Below, one piece after another: positions 17,828 to 28,319 of a DNA stretch of 64,000 bases. Under the pieces are notes generated by a model. That model searched no databases, had not been told where the DNA came from, and was given only the letters and a program-made list of their open reading frames with translations. A program made the translations under genes and the position numbers. The stretch is from Theionarchaea archaeon (lineage in GTDB: Archaea > Methanobacteriota_B > Thermococci > Methanofastidiosales > SZ-28-30). Where the stretch lies: positions 16,294-80,293 of the forward strand of contig JACVGT010000002.1 of the NCBI GenBank assembly GCA_018992685.1, written 5' to 3'. Each line of letters begins with the position of its first letter. Position 1 is the stretch's first letter.

Positions 17828-20686
17828 ATGATCACCCATCCAAAGATCCTCTACTTGTTCTCTGGACCTCTGGTAGCCTTGGACGGCAGCCCTCTTGACG
17901 TGCTGGATTTGAAAACGGAACGTGATATCATTGTGAGAGAGGTTTCTGCCTGTGAGATGACATGTTCACTCCGAATCGGGTATGCAACCATAGAAGAACT
18001 TGCCAAAGGCATTGAAGATGGATTCAACATTCTGCATATAAGTACACATGGCAGAGCGGAATGTCTCCTATTTGAAGATGGGAAGGGCGGAAGTCAGCCT
18101 GTCACAGGCGAGTACCTCAAGAGAGTGATAAGCACAAAAGGGTTACTTGAGTTGATCATCATCAGTGCCTGCCATTCAGAAGAGATTGGTGCAATGCTGG
18201 CAGACGCAGGTGTTCCACATGTTGTGGCTATCAGGCGCGATTCCTCTGTAGTAGATCAGTCAGCCATTCTCTTCACAACCCACTTCCTTCGCAATCTCTT
18301 TCGGGGAAGTTCTGTACAGAAAGCCTTTGAAATGGCTTCCCTGCTCGTAGAAGGGAACCCTGAATTGATGAAGATGAAACAACGTCTTGAGGTCATTGCC
18401 TACAGAAAAAAAGGGACATTCATTCCAGAAGAAAAGAAATTCATTCTACTTCCCACAGATGCTGCCCACCACGATCCTCTCCTCTCTCAAGAAGTCCCCT
18501 CAGGTACCGTGACAATTGAAGAGCCCCCGGTTTCACCCTCGAATCTTCCCACAAAGCCGCAGTTCTTTGCAGGTCGACTTGAGGAGATGCATACCATCAT
18601 CAACGAACTCATTCAGGGTAGGTTTGTCACCCTGACAGGAGTGGGAGGCATTGGAAAAACAACGGTAGCTCTTGAGGTGGCACGATGGTTTTCTTCCAGG
18701 AGGGTTTTTCCTCATGGAATCTACTACATAGACCTCCGGCAGACTGATACTGCAGATGGAGCCCTTGATCTCTTGTGTTCAGCTCTCAAAGTACAGGTTT
18801 CTCGGCTCCAGAACGTTATCACCTACCTGGCGGACCGTCGCTGCTTGCTGCTTTTTGATAATGCAGAGGATGTTCTCTGGCACAATGAGAAAGACCTGCA
18901 GCATCTCTTCAACACAGTCCTGAAGACTACTCCCCACTCCACGATGTTGATAACAAGTCAGAGACCGGTTGGAGGCAACCTGCATGAACCCGAACATGTG
19001 TGCAGAATATTTCCACTGGAACAGACATATGCTTGGATGCTTTTCTGTGCCACCACAAAGAGGAGGATTTTGCCCGATGAATGTGAATCGCCCCTCTTTT
19101 CTGCCCTCCTTGCCCGATTGGGGGGACACCCCTTATCAATTGTATTAACAGCACGTCAACTTGCTCCCGGGGTGACTCTGGAGGACATATACGAAAGGAT
19201 TGAGACATACAAGGCCGCAGCAATCAAAATAAAGCATCGTACAGATAGAATCCTGGACCACGGAGAAAGCCTCATGACAGCTCTGGCTTCTGCCTACCAC
19301 ATCTTGTCAGATCGAGCACAGATACTCTTTCAAGTGCTTTCCCTTCTTCCAGCGGGTGCCAGACGTGATATACTGGAAGAAATCTGGGGCAACCCAGTCT
19401 GGGAGCACGTACAAGAACTCAATGATGCTTCCCTGGCAGAAGTGAGAAGCAGACGGGTGACTCTGCTGCCTCCAGTGCAACTATTTGCATTCACTGTTCT
19501 TGCTGAGGAAGTCAAAGAGTACTATGGTCCCAGAATCGTGGAAGCTATGGGGACATATGCCAAGACGCTGTACAAGGGCCACACCACAGAGGATTCGAGA
19601 GAATACCGGATTCTCTTTACTGTAGAAGAGCCAACCTTCCGAGCTATTCTAGACCTTCCCGATGAATCATTTCAAGCAGGGAAGAATGGTTCATTCCTTG
19701 GGTTCTTCGGAGCTGAACTCATTTACTTATATATTTTCCATAATCGGTGGAAAGAAGCAGAAACCATTGGTTCTAGGATACTGTCTCATCTTGGACGATG
19801 TGAGGATTTTCAGGGTGAAGCACATGTTCTTGTAGCCCTGGGGGTCCTTGCTTTTCGAACAGGAAACCTTGAAGAAGCTAGGACAAGGTATGAAAAAGCT
19901 CTCAAAACATACCAGAATATCCACGCGAGAATGGGAGTCGCAAATGCGTTTTGGGCACTGGGCGATCTTTTCTTTAGAACAGGAGATTTCGAAGAGGCTC
20001 AAAGGCGATTTGAAGAAGCTCTGGATATATACCAGGAGATTGATGTGAATCTTGGTAAAGCAAATGCCTTCTTACGTTTAGGGATGCTTACTTTTCTAAC
20101 AGGCAATTCTGAAGAAGCTCAAGAACGGCTTGGAAAGGCCCTGATGATCTATCGATATATTCACGTCGAAATCGGTGAAGCAAACACTCTCCGCATACTG
20201 GGAGATGTCGCCATGTGGACAGGTGATGTGGACGCAGCCCACATCCAGTACCAGAAAGCCCTGAGAATCTATGTGCACAACAGCGTGAAGGATGGTGAAG
20301 CGCGTGCCCTGGTTCACCTAGCCCGGTGGGCCGCTCTTACAGGCAGAAGTGAGCACATGCAGACGTATCTTGATGATGCATTCACAATATATAGGGAGAT
20401 AGAAGACCTTGATGGACTGGCCCACGCGCACTTGGTAAAAGCGCTTCTCTTTCTCAAGACTCACAATACGATCAAAGCAAGGCGCCAACTCGATTTTTGT
20501 TCATCTATCCAGGAAAAAACGTGCCAACATTCTGAAACAGCCCAATGGCTCATTACGTATGCAGACCACTTCATGTACTGTAAAGAAGAAGCAGTATTGT
20601 GTTTGGAATATGCAGAGGAATTTGCCATGATGGCACGAAATCTCTACCTTCTTGGCAGAATAAGAGAAAAACAGGCATTGCTGTGA
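17828..20686 (+). CDS. CHAT (caspase-like) protease - STAND/NB-ARC ATPase - TPR protein
   Basis: CHAT dyad ILHISTHG / IISACHS; Walker A GVGGIGKT, Walker B LLLFDNAE, GGHPLSI; C-terminal TPRs. GGAGG RBS before ATG 17828. Confidence 0.85.
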   Translation: MITHPKILYLFSGPLVALDGSPLDVLDLKTERDIIVREVSACEMTCSLRIGYATIEELAKGIEDGFNILHISTHGRAECLLFEDGKGGSQPVTGEYLKRVISTKGLLELIIISACHSEEIGAMLADAGVPHVVAIRRDSSVVDQSAILFTTHFLRNLFRGSSVQKAFEMASLLVEGNPELMKMKQRLEVIAYRKKGTFIPEEKKFILLPTDAAHHDPLLSQEVPSGTVTIEEPPVSPSNLPTKPQFFAGRLEEMHTIINELIQGRFVTLTGVGGIGKTTVALEVARWFSSRRVFPHGIYYIDLRQTDTADGALDLLCSALKVQVSRLQNVITYLADRRCLLLFDNAEDVLWHNEKDLQHLFNTVLKTTPHSTMLITSQRPVGGNLHEPEHVCRIFPLEQTYAWMLFCATTKRRILPDECESPLFSALLARLGGHPLSIVLTARQLAPGVTLEDIYERIETYKAAAIKIKHRTDRILDHGESLMTALASAYHILSDRAQILFQVLSLLPAGARRDILEEIWGNPVWEHVQELNDASLAEVRSRRVTLLPPVQLFAFTVLAEEVKEYYGPRIVEAMGTYAKTLYKGHTTEDSREYRILFTVEEPTFRAILDLPDESFQAGKNGSFLGFFGAELIYLYIFHNRWKEAETIGSRILSHLGRCEDFQGEAHVLVALGVLAFRTGNLEEARTRYEKALKTYQNIHARMGVANAFWALGDLFFRTGDFEEAQRRFEEALDIYQEIDVNLGKANAFLRLGMLTFLTGNSEEAQERLGKALMIYRYIHVEIGEANTLRILGDVAMWTGDVDAAHIQYQKALRIYVHNSVKDGEARALVHLARWAALTGRSEHMQTYLDDAFTIYREIEDLDGLAHAHLVKALLFLKTHNTIKARRQLDFCSSIQEKTCQHSETAQWLITYADHFMYCKEEAVLCLEYAEEFAMMARNLYLLGRIREKQALL

Positions 20687-20689
20687 TAT

Positions 20690-21601
20690 TCAACTCCCTG
20701 GATCGTCCCTGTCTGAGGGAGGCTGGGGGAACGGCTCTGAAAGATTCTCTATGAACTTTCTAACATCCTCAACCAGCTCTGGTGCACTATCAATCTTGTC
20801 ATTGATGCTGAAGAGTCCCACTGCTTCTTCGAAACAGTGGAGAATCAACGTAACCTGGGTGGGATCATCATCTTTCGCTTGTTTCCAGAGAATATTGGCC
20901 TCTGTCCAGAGCCTGTTTGCCCTTCTTCTCAGTCTGTTCGCACGATTCCGGAATTGTTTCTTGAATTCTACTGGAATGCTTCTTTCTTCTCTTGTATCCC
21001 TTGTACCCTCCTGCAGACACTTGGTTTCATGGGCCAGGAGGATATCATACACATGACCAACTATGCCATCTGGATGGGTTTCACCTTCAGCCTTCCAGTT
21101 GTTCTTCGTTACTGCTGTTATCTCTAATCCACACGCTTCCTTAACCAGATCGGCAGAATTCTGTATCATGGGCCTGGAAGCAGACGGGTTATAGCTTGAA
21201 AGGTTGGCCAGTCTTTCAGCAGGTGCTGTGTATCCCTGATACCCGTTGCACAGATACTCCCAGTGTGTTCCCAGCAAATTGAAGTGAGTGGGGATTATAT
21301 CAGGCTGCCCCCATCCCTCACGCGCGTAGGAGTCGGTGAGGAATCTTGAAAGAACTTCTGTCATCTCAATGACAATTTCCAGTAGTTCTTTCTCTTTCCC
21401 TACTAGTGTAGAAGTAAGAACCACCATTTCGTCTCTCTTTTCGTCAATGGCACCCATATTGAAAAGCACGGCGTCACCTGTCTTTAATGCTGCAGCAGCC
21501 GCTCCTTTGAGTGCTTCGTCAAAACTCCTCTTGATCTGCTGTTCTATACTGATGATCCTATTTATTTCCAGTTCAATGCTGTTTTCTTTTTGCCTTTCCA
21601 T
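20690..21601 (-). CDS. Hypothetical helical protein
   Basis: 303-aa ORF with GAGG RBS, convergent on the CHAT-STAND gene; no family recognised. Confidence 0.65.
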   Translation of the reverse strand: MERQKENSIELEINRIISIEQQIKRSFDEALKGAAAAALKTGDAVLFNMGAIDEKRDEMVVLTSTLVGKEKELLEIVIEMTEVLSRFLTDSYAREGWGQPDIIPTHFNLLGTHWEYLCNGYQGYTAPAERLANLSSYNPSASRPMIQNSADLVKEACGLEITAVTKNNWKAEGETHPDGIVGHVYDILLAHETKCLQEGTRDTREERSIPVEFKKQFRNRANRLRRRANRLWTEANILWKQAKDDDPTQVTLILHCFEEAVGLFSINDKIDSAPELVEDVRKFIENLSEPFPQPPSDRDDPGS

Positions 21602-21786
21602 GAGTTCGCCTCATATCGAATTGTTCTGATACATTCTCATAATAACAAGTGAGTATTCCTTTAAGAATCTTGGGTTGGAGGAGGTATTCTCATCCTCCCA
21701 AGGATTTCAGAGAACCAACCTGTACAAAAGTCTCAAGGAAAAGCATGAGACATTGGTGAAAAAAGGAGAAAAAAGGACTCCCTGGT

Positions 21787-22833
21787 CTAATCAGTCACCA
21801 AGATGTGTTCCAGTTCCTGCCAGCACCGCGGATCTTCTCCAAGGAAGTCGCCCGTTGCAGAAGCAGCTCCTCTACAGCCTCCGCAGGCGAATTTGTACTT
21901 ACAGCCACCACATTTCCCTTCAAGTGCTGATCTGGAATGGCGAAAATTATCTAGAAGTTCATTCTCAAACCAGATTCTTTCCACGTTCTCTCTTGTGGCA
22001 TCAGCCACAGAGATGGGGAAATAAGGACAGAGCTGCACAATCCCCTGAGGGTTGATGTAGAGCAGCGTAAAAGCAATCGAGCAACCAGTAACTGCTATCC
22101 CCTGCATGAGATCTGAATCAATGTCTATCTCTTTCTGTCTGGTCTCGTTCACGAACATCTCAGGGAAGGGGTCACTGAACCCAACCCTCATATTCAATTC
22201 TTCACCCGTTTCCCATATTCTCTCGCACAGCCTCCGGTACTGATCCGCATCCACCATCCTATTTGTAGCTCGTCCCACTGGAACGAGATACCGGAAATTG
22301 AATATCCTGACGCCAATGCTATCTACAAATCGCATGAGAGCTTCAGGTTCATCTTCTCCCTGATGAAAATATGTCATCCGGACAGCCACTGTGGCATCAC
22401 TTTCCACGAGAAGGTTTAATGCCTGGACAGTCTTTTCAAAAGATCCTCTGCCCCGTACAGAATCGTGTATTCCTGGAGTTGCCCCTTCCATGCTGACATT
22501 GAACCCCCGGACTGTTTCTAAGAGCCAGTCAATTCTCTCAGGAGTTATCAAGGTTGCATTGGTGAGAAGCTCAACGTGATTTCCAGGCAGGTTGTCTCTA
22601 ATGTAGGAGAGAATCTCCTGGAGGTCAGCTCTCATGAGAGGTTCCCCTCCTGCCATCGCAAGGGCTGCATGTGGTGAAAGAGAGTGTATCTGATTCAGCA
22701 GTGATACAATTTGCTGATATGTCAAGTCTGCCGCAGTCTTGTCCAGGACACTTGCCCGACAGTGTTTGCATGCCAGGTTACACTGGCTTGTAATGTCCAT
22801 CTGGACAATTCTTGGTGGGTATTGCCATTTCAT
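21787..22833 (-). CDS. Radical SAM/SPASM-domain protein (putative peptide maturase)
   Basis: CNLACKHC (CxxxCxxC), GGEPL, SPASM cysteines GC...LCPY...CGGCKYKFACGGCR...DPRC. Confidence 0.9.
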   Translation of the reverse strand: MKWQYPPRIVQMDITSQCNLACKHCRASVLDKTAADLTYQQIVSLLNQIHSLSPHAALAMAGGEPLMRADLQEILSYIRDNLPGNHVELLTNATLITPERIDWLLETVRGFNVSMEGATPGIHDSVRGRGSFEKTVQALNLLVESDATVAVRMTYFHQGEDEPEALMRFVDSIGVRIFNFRYLVPVGRATNRMVDADQYRRLCERIWETGEELNMRVGFSDPFPEMFVNETRQKEIDIDSDLMQGIAVTGCSIAFTLLYINPQGIVQLCPYFPISVADATRENVERIWFENELLDNFRHSRSALEGKCGGCKYKFACGGCRGAASATGDFLGEDPRCWQELEHILVTD

Positions 22834-22857
22834 TTCATCACCTCTGGTTGTGTGGAT

Positions 22858-22883
22858 AAAAAAACGGGGGCATGAAGCCCCCC
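22858..22883 (-). terminator. GC hairpin plus T7 tract between the peptide gene and the rSAM gene
   Basis: Minus strand GGGGGC-TTCAT-GCCCCC-G-TTTTTTT just after the peptide stop codon. Confidence 0.65.
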
Positions 22884-22890
22884 ACTCTAG

Positions 22891-23139
22891 TTACTTCGGC
22901 AAAATGCAGATATCGCATCCGCCACATGGCCCCTGCAAGTCGGGATAGAATGGCCGTAGAGGATGAATCGTCTTCAGTTTCTGCAACCTGTCTTCAATAT
23001 CCATCTTCTTTGGCTCTCCTATGACAAGGTCGCATCCTCCACATGGACCTTGAGCTGCGTACACCGGGATCTTGTTTTGTTTCGCATGTTCCAAGGCATC
23101 TATCAACTCTGATACAGAGTAGTGTTTGTTTGTATCCAC
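22891..23139 (-). CDS. 82-aa peptide with two QGPCGGCD motifs; putative RiPP precursor
   Basis: GTG 23139 after AGGAAGTGA RBS; internally duplicated ...YAAQGPCGGCDLVIGEPK / ...YPDLQGPCGGCDICILPK; directly upstream of the rSAM/SPASM gene. Confidence 0.75.
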   Translation of the reverse strand: MDTNKHYSVSELIDALEHAKQNKIPVYAAQGPCGGCDLVIGEPKKMDIEDRLQKLKTIHPLRPFYPDLQGPCGGCDICILPK

Positions 23140-23546
23140 GTTAATCACTTCCTTTCTTGCTGTGAGGTTGCTCTCTTTCCACAATGCAACCTCATACAGA
23201 CACGTATCTGGGTTCCTCTTCTTTCATGAATGTTATTATGGAGGATTAGACAACTCTTGGACAAAAAGGTTAGATTCATCAGGCCAGTTTTGACATTTTT
23301 CAGCAAAAATCATACATCTGAGGTATTGAAAATTCAAATAACCTGTTTCTAGAGACATAATGAACTAGATAATTCAATTGCCTGGATTGAGCATTGAGAA
23401 CGAATGTCTAGGAATGTTAATTGTGAGGCCCTCGCTCGACTGTCATTTGAAAACATCAAGGCTTTCTGGGGACAACATCGAGGGATCATGGTATCATTAG
23501 GCGAGTTCCGGTGCCAGAAGCAGGTCTTCAATTGCAGGAAACACAG

Positions 23547-24635
23547 CTAATCCACATCTTCTGCAGCAATGCTGTCCCGATAGTTCTTCTTGATCCAGAG
23601 GTTCCGCACAGGAATCAAGAGCCGAAATGCACCATTCAGGACTGGATTCGAAAATCTAATTGAAGCTTTTTTTTCCAGAAGAGTGCAGCCAATACGACGT
23701 TTCACAATATAGGTTGTTGGACCGAAGTACATTCGTTTGCATCCTCGTCTGATCATTTCTCGAACTACCTCATAGCAAATGTTGAAGTAGGCATTATATT
23801 CTCTTCCGTATGTCTTTTCCACTCCAGAAATTGCCATAGATGCCAGATCGCCATCAAAGAAATAAATCCAGTATCCAAGCAATTTGTCCTCAAGGTAACA
23901 GCGCAGGATGAACGCATAGTCACCAACATACTTTTCAAGTCCCTTGTAGAAATTCGAAGTGAAAGAAAGAGGATAGTTGTGTCCGTGTTCCAGAAGGTTG
24001 TCTCTGTGGAAACTAAATAGGAATTCTGCATCTGAGAAATCCTGGGAATGTTCCAGCCGAATTCCTCGTCTTTCTCCCTGGTTCAGAGTGTGTCGTATGT
24101 TCTTCTTTGATTTCCTCGGTAGTGATTTCAGGTAGTCCTTGAACGTCTTCCACCGGACATCAAGATATGTTGAGGGCGAGACCTCCAAGAGAGAGGTTTT
24201 TTTCTTGAGAAAGGACACATACGGCTCGTTGTCCACGTTGGCAATGACGATGGCTTTGGTGTGTTCCTTCCGTGCGGCATCCATCATGCTACCGTACAAA
24301 AGCGAGAGGATTGGTTCAGCAGGTTCCCCCTCTTTCACATGAATGCCGATTTCATCTGAGAAGGGGCACAAACAGGCGAGGCTTGACACATACACCCCTA
24401 GGATCGCCCTGTATGACAGAAAACAGACTGCAGATCCCACAAGCTGATCGTCCCGAGTGACGGTGAGGAAGTATGGGGAAATGCCTTCCCGGAGAGAATG
24501 CTCCAGGAGCTCCATCCACCTGTAGGTGTGGAAGGTTCTATTATTGACCACATTGTCCCATTCCTCTCGGGGAATCTCACTAATGTGATGGTGAACATGG
24601 GCTGTAAGGTTCATGGCTCTTTCACTATCCTTCAT
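23547..24635 (-). CDS. FemAB-like tandem GNAT-fold protein
   Basis: ISEIPREEWD, WKTFKDYLKSLPRKSKKNIR, YFNICYEVVREMI..., YIVKRRIG patterns typical of this GNAT family. Confidence 0.75.
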   Translation of the reverse strand: MKDSERAMNLTAHVHHHISEIPREEWDNVVNNRTFHTYRWMELLEHSLREGISPYFLTVTRDDQLVGSAVCFLSYRAILGVYVSSLACLCPFSDEIGIHVKEGEPAEPILSLLYGSMMDAARKEHTKAIVIANVDNEPYVSFLKKKTSLLEVSPSTYLDVRWKTFKDYLKSLPRKSKKNIRHTLNQGERRGIRLEHSQDFSDAEFLFSFHRDNLLEHGHNYPLSFTSNFYKGLEKYVGDYAFILRCYLEDKLLGYWIYFFDGDLASMAISGVEKTYGREYNAYFNICYEVVREMIRRGCKRMYFGPTTYIVKRRIGCTLLEKKASIRFSNPVLNGAFRLLIPVRNLWIKKNYRDSIAAEDVD

Positions 24636-24817
24636 GGAAGACTCTTCTCATTTCTCCTCTTAAAAGGTTTGGTCTCAGCCATTCAGGGCAACCTACCCGC
24701 ATTCTCTGTGGATAGAACGCTCAGGTCTGCAGTGAACCTAGTTCTGACGAAAAGGTGAGAGGAGTGGAATGAAAAAGGTTATTATATGCCAAGGCCAGCT
24801 TTTGTCGGAGGAATCAC

Positions 24818-26350
24818 ATGATACGCACAGCATCATTTACTCGTGCTTTCCTTGAAACAGGACTGCCTGTCTGGCTACTTTTTGCTGCATTGCAGGTGGT
24901 TCAGGAAAATCGATCCCCCGGGATTATCGTCTTTTTCGCTCCTGTGTGGGGTGCTATTCGCCTTACCCAGCCCGATGGCTCATCCTGGAAGCGGCTGGAA
25001 TACTACGTCAGATTCTGTTTGCTTCATGTTGCTGCAATGCTTGTGGTGATGTATGCAGCTGGATACGTCTCCTACGTGGCGGGGGCAATTCCAGAGCCAC
25101 CCTCATGGACTTCTTTTAGCACTAACACATTTCTCTTGCTGACGATGATTATTATTCCGTTCGTTGCAGTGCGTGGGCTGCTATTCTTATGTGATTCATC
25201 TAGAGAACCAGGATTTCCAGCGCAGTCCTTCTCAGAAGAAAGAGGAGAAAGAACCAGAATATTCGCTTTTGATGCAGTACGTGGGTGGGTGATGATCTTC
25301 ATGGCCCTGGATCATGCGATGTACTTCTGCTATGTGCACATTTTTGCTGAAGGGTTTCAGAATTTACGGCCAGATCCCCTGCCTGATGCCATCCACTATT
25401 TGACCCGATTTGTCACCCACTACTGTGCCCCGACATTTATCTTCTTGGCTGGCGTGAGCGTAGCTCTCTATGGTGCATCACGCAGATCATATATGACAGA
25501 GGGGCGCATCACGAGACATCTGGTGACCCGGGGTGTTCTTCTCATCCTCTTACAGATGGTACTTGTGAACTGGGCATGGGGGTTCACCATCAGGGCCGGG
25601 CAGACTCTTGTGTACTTTGGAGTCCTGGCATGCATTGGATCAGGACTCGTCATACTGGCTCTCATAAGACGCGCCCCCTGCTCTCTGGTGATCATTGGCT
25701 CCGTGATGTTACTGTTGATGATTCCGGTATTACTGAGTACCTTCGCTGTGCAGCCGGGAGCTGATCAGCCGCTTCTTGAAATCCTCCTGCAACCTGACAC
25801 TGAAGGATGGATTAGTTCTCTCTACCCAATTCTTCCCTGGTTCGGCGTTATGGGGCTGGGATACGGGGTCGGAGTGGTAGTAAGCAGAAAGCCCGAAAAG
25901 ACCACGAGAGTGTTCCTGGTACTGGGGATTATTTTGCTGGTATCCTGGATTCTATTACGATTGGGTGGCGGCTACGGAAATCTGACCGTGTATCAGGGTG
26001 GAGACTGGAGGGATTTCATGCTCATGTCCAAGTATCCGCCCAGTCTCGTTTTCCTATGCTGGAATGTGGGGGGCATGGCACTGGCTATAGCTGTGCACAA
26101 CTATTTCGGGAGGAGATTGCCTTTCAGAAGATTCTGGGACAGCGTTGTCCTCTTCGGTCAAACACCTCTATTCTTTTACGTGGTTCACCTGTACCTATAC
26201 AGGACGCTTTCCCTGATCCCCGTTCTCAGAGGTTCCCTGGCTGCAGGATACGTGGCGTGGCTGGTGGGATTGATGGTGATGATCCTCCTTTGCAGACAGT
26301 ACCAGAGGCTGCAGAAAGCTCACCCTGATAGTGTCCTCAAGTATGTATAA
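24818..26350 (+). CDS. DUF1624 / heparan-alpha-glucosaminide N-acetyltransferase-like membrane protein with N-terminal TM extension
   Basis: RIFAFDAVRGWVMIFMALDH, TRFVTHYCAPTFIFLAG, YPILPW, KYPPSL, FGQTPLFFYVVH. Confidence 0.8.
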   Translation: MIRTASFTRAFLETGLPVWLLFAALQVVQENRSPGIIVFFAPVWGAIRLTQPDGSSWKRLEYYVRFCLLHVAAMLVVMYAAGYVSYVAGAIPEPPSWTSFSTNTFLLLTMIIIPFVAVRGLLFLCDSSREPGFPAQSFSEERGERTRIFAFDAVRGWVMIFMALDHAMYFCYVHIFAEGFQNLRPDPLPDAIHYLTRFVTHYCAPTFIFLAGVSVALYGASRRSYMTEGRITRHLVTRGVLLILLQMVLVNWAWGFTIRAGQTLVYFGVLACIGSGLVILALIRRAPCSLVIIGSVMLLLMIPVLLSTFAVQPGADQPLLEILLQPDTEGWISSLYPILPWFGVMGLGYGVGVVVSRKPEKTTRVFLVLGIILLVSWILLRLGGGYGNLTVYQGGDWRDFMLMSKYPPSLVFLCWNVGGMALAIAVHNYFGRRLPFRRFWDSVVLFGQTPLFFYVVHLYLYRTLSLIPVLRGSLAAGYVAWLVGLMVMILLCRQYQRLQKAHPDSVLKYV

Positions 26351-26427
26351 GGGTATCATGGCAATATCACTGCCATTTTCCAGTATGTACTGGAAAACTA
26401 TTTCAGGTAGGAATCAGAGAGAACTCT

Positions 26428-27306
26428 ATGACCGAAAAATCTCTTCCATCGCAGCATGAGACGCTGGCCCTCAAGTACTCACCGGAGCTGTACTACGCGG
26501 AGACAAGAGATCCTTTCAAAGATGTTTGCTCTGACGATTTTGGAGGGATTTACTGGAGAGCTGTAGAGAGCTCGGTTGCTTGGGCTGACGTGTGTATCCA
26601 GTACCTCCTGTATTTCAAAGAGCAGCACTGGGTCCCCAGTCCCCTTGATGGAATTCTGAGTAAGCTAGCGGGGAAGGGGGGAAAACTGCCTGGTAATCAC
26701 CCCAATGACTATGCTCCCATTTTTCTCTACTTCAAGGATGGACATCCAGTCAGAGCCGTCTTTGACGTCTGCCACTATGAGGCTGTGGGAGTTCTGGCTG
26801 AAGGCTCTGGATTTCTTCCTCCTGATTCGAAGCTGAAATTCCAGATAACAAACTTCTACAGAGGGCTCAGGCCATTGACAGAGAGTGAAGACCTTACCTA
26901 TCTTCAAGAAAGTTTTGTTCCCCGTCTTTTGAGTCAGGAGCGTCTCGAAGATTGGTGGGAAGGGCTCACAGTTTCTGGAACATTTCAGGAGGCTGCAAAG
27001 CTCATAATCAGAGAGAAGATCCATAATCCGTTCCAGGAAATATCCACCTTTCGCGACATTGGAAGTAAGCTTGGAAAAATCTTTGATTTAATATTCCGTT
27101 CGACAGAGAACATACCTGTGATTAGAGTCTCGACTGGGGATACAGGAATTGTTTCCGAGATACAGGAAAAAATGCCTGATAGAGACGATATTTCTGAAGA
27201 AGATATCAAAGGAGTACTGAGATTTGCAGAAGAGCATGTCTTGGAGGATCCTCATGCATCAAACTATCTCCCTGTGGGGAGACACGACAAAGCATACCCT
27301 ATGTGA
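26428..27306 (+). CDS. Hypothetical protein
   Basis: 292-aa ORF. ALKYSPEL...IQYLLYF...GNHPNDY weakly recalls the Vps62/NPP1-like H.HDWE region. Confidence 0.6.
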   Translation: MTEKSLPSQHETLALKYSPELYYAETRDPFKDVCSDDFGGIYWRAVESSVAWADVCIQYLLYFKEQHWVPSPLDGILSKLAGKGGKLPGNHPNDYAPIFLYFKDGHPVRAVFDVCHYEAVGVLAEGSGFLPPDSKLKFQITNFYRGLRPLTESEDLTYLQESFVPRLLSQERLEDWWEGLTVSGTFQEAAKLIIREKIHNPFQEISTFRDIGSKLGKIFDLIFRSTENIPVIRVSTGDTGIVSEIQEKMPDRDDISEEDIKGVLRFAEEHVLEDPHASNYLPVGRHDKAYPM

Positions 27307-27355
27307 CGCTCTCAGAGCCAGCAGTGATCAAGAAACCACGCAGAAAACCTTCACT

Positions 27356-28048
27356 CTACTCGTCATCCCTGAAAGCGATCCTTTTGTATGGGTTCCCCCA
27401 CCGTTCGCAATAGAACACTGATTCTAGCGGAAATCGGGAAGGGCCCAACATTCTCGGGATTTTGGGAACACCAATGGACAAGGTGGCTACAGGTATCCAT
27501 GTGCGAGGGACACCAATTTTCTCACAGAGTAGTTCACACCGTCTCGGTTCCATGACAGGAAGGGCCTGGTATCCAGCGCCATACCCTAGTGCATGGGCAG
27601 CATACCACATGTTCAGAATCCCCATGGCGACTACAATAGACCCGAAGTACTCCAGCTCATAAATCAACGGGGAGTCATGGAACGTCTCACTTCCACAGCC
27701 GATAATCACGACGTCTGCATCTTGTGGGTACTCGAAGAGGTCGCCACGTCGCATGTCCTCAAACGTAGCTGGCCTGTTATGATCCGGCACATACCATATC
27801 CTGCCCTGAGTTATCTCATAGGGGGCTGACCCGAATAATTCGCTGGCTGCCTGCCTGGACACATCTGCCACGAATTTCTTTAGCTCCTGGTCTTCCCTAA
27901 TAACAACGTACCGCCACATTTGCATGTTTTCTGGGCTGGGAGCATATCGAGCAGCATCCAGGATTTTCTCCAGATCATCATCAGGGATCTTCTCTCCCGT
28001 GAAGTCCCGAATACTTCTTCTTGTTCTGACAGCTTCAAAGACATCCAT
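27356..28048 (-). CDS. Nitroreductase family protein
   Basis: AVRTRRSIRDF, ARYAPSPENMQMW, AHALGYG. Confidence 0.9.
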   Translation of the reverse strand: MDVFEAVRTRRSIRDFTGEKIPDDDLEKILDAARYAPSPENMQMWRYVVIREDQELKKFVADVSRQAASELFGSAPYEITQGRIWYVPDHNRPATFEDMRRGDLFEYPQDADVVIIGCGSETFHDSPLIYELEYFGSIVVAMGILNMWYAAHALGYGAGYQALPVMEPRRCELLCEKIGVPRTWIPVATLSIGVPKIPRMLGPSRFPLESVFYCERWGNPYKRIAFRDDE

Positions 28049-28319
28049 AATGAATCCTCCTGTCGCTTGCTTGCAGGTGGCTCACAGACAATCCAACACT
28101 ATATAATAGTATGCATGACTCCGGTCGTGTCACGTACTTCCACAGTCATCCACTCCACAGCAACCCAAGAGGGAGGGAATGCGATCCGCTGAAAAGCCAG
28201 GAAGACAACTGCCACCTAGAAATGACCTGGGTCCTTCTCAGGGTTAAGAAAAGGAATCGACAGCATGCCAGAATCGTACCAACCCTTTTCTTGGATGCCC
28301 ACCAATAGCAGATGATACC

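Noticed and set aside
21787-22833. Calling the rSAM an AhbC/AhbD heme-synthesis or PqqE enzyme
   Set aside because: No ahbAB, hem or pqq genes nearby; no gene symbol is justified.
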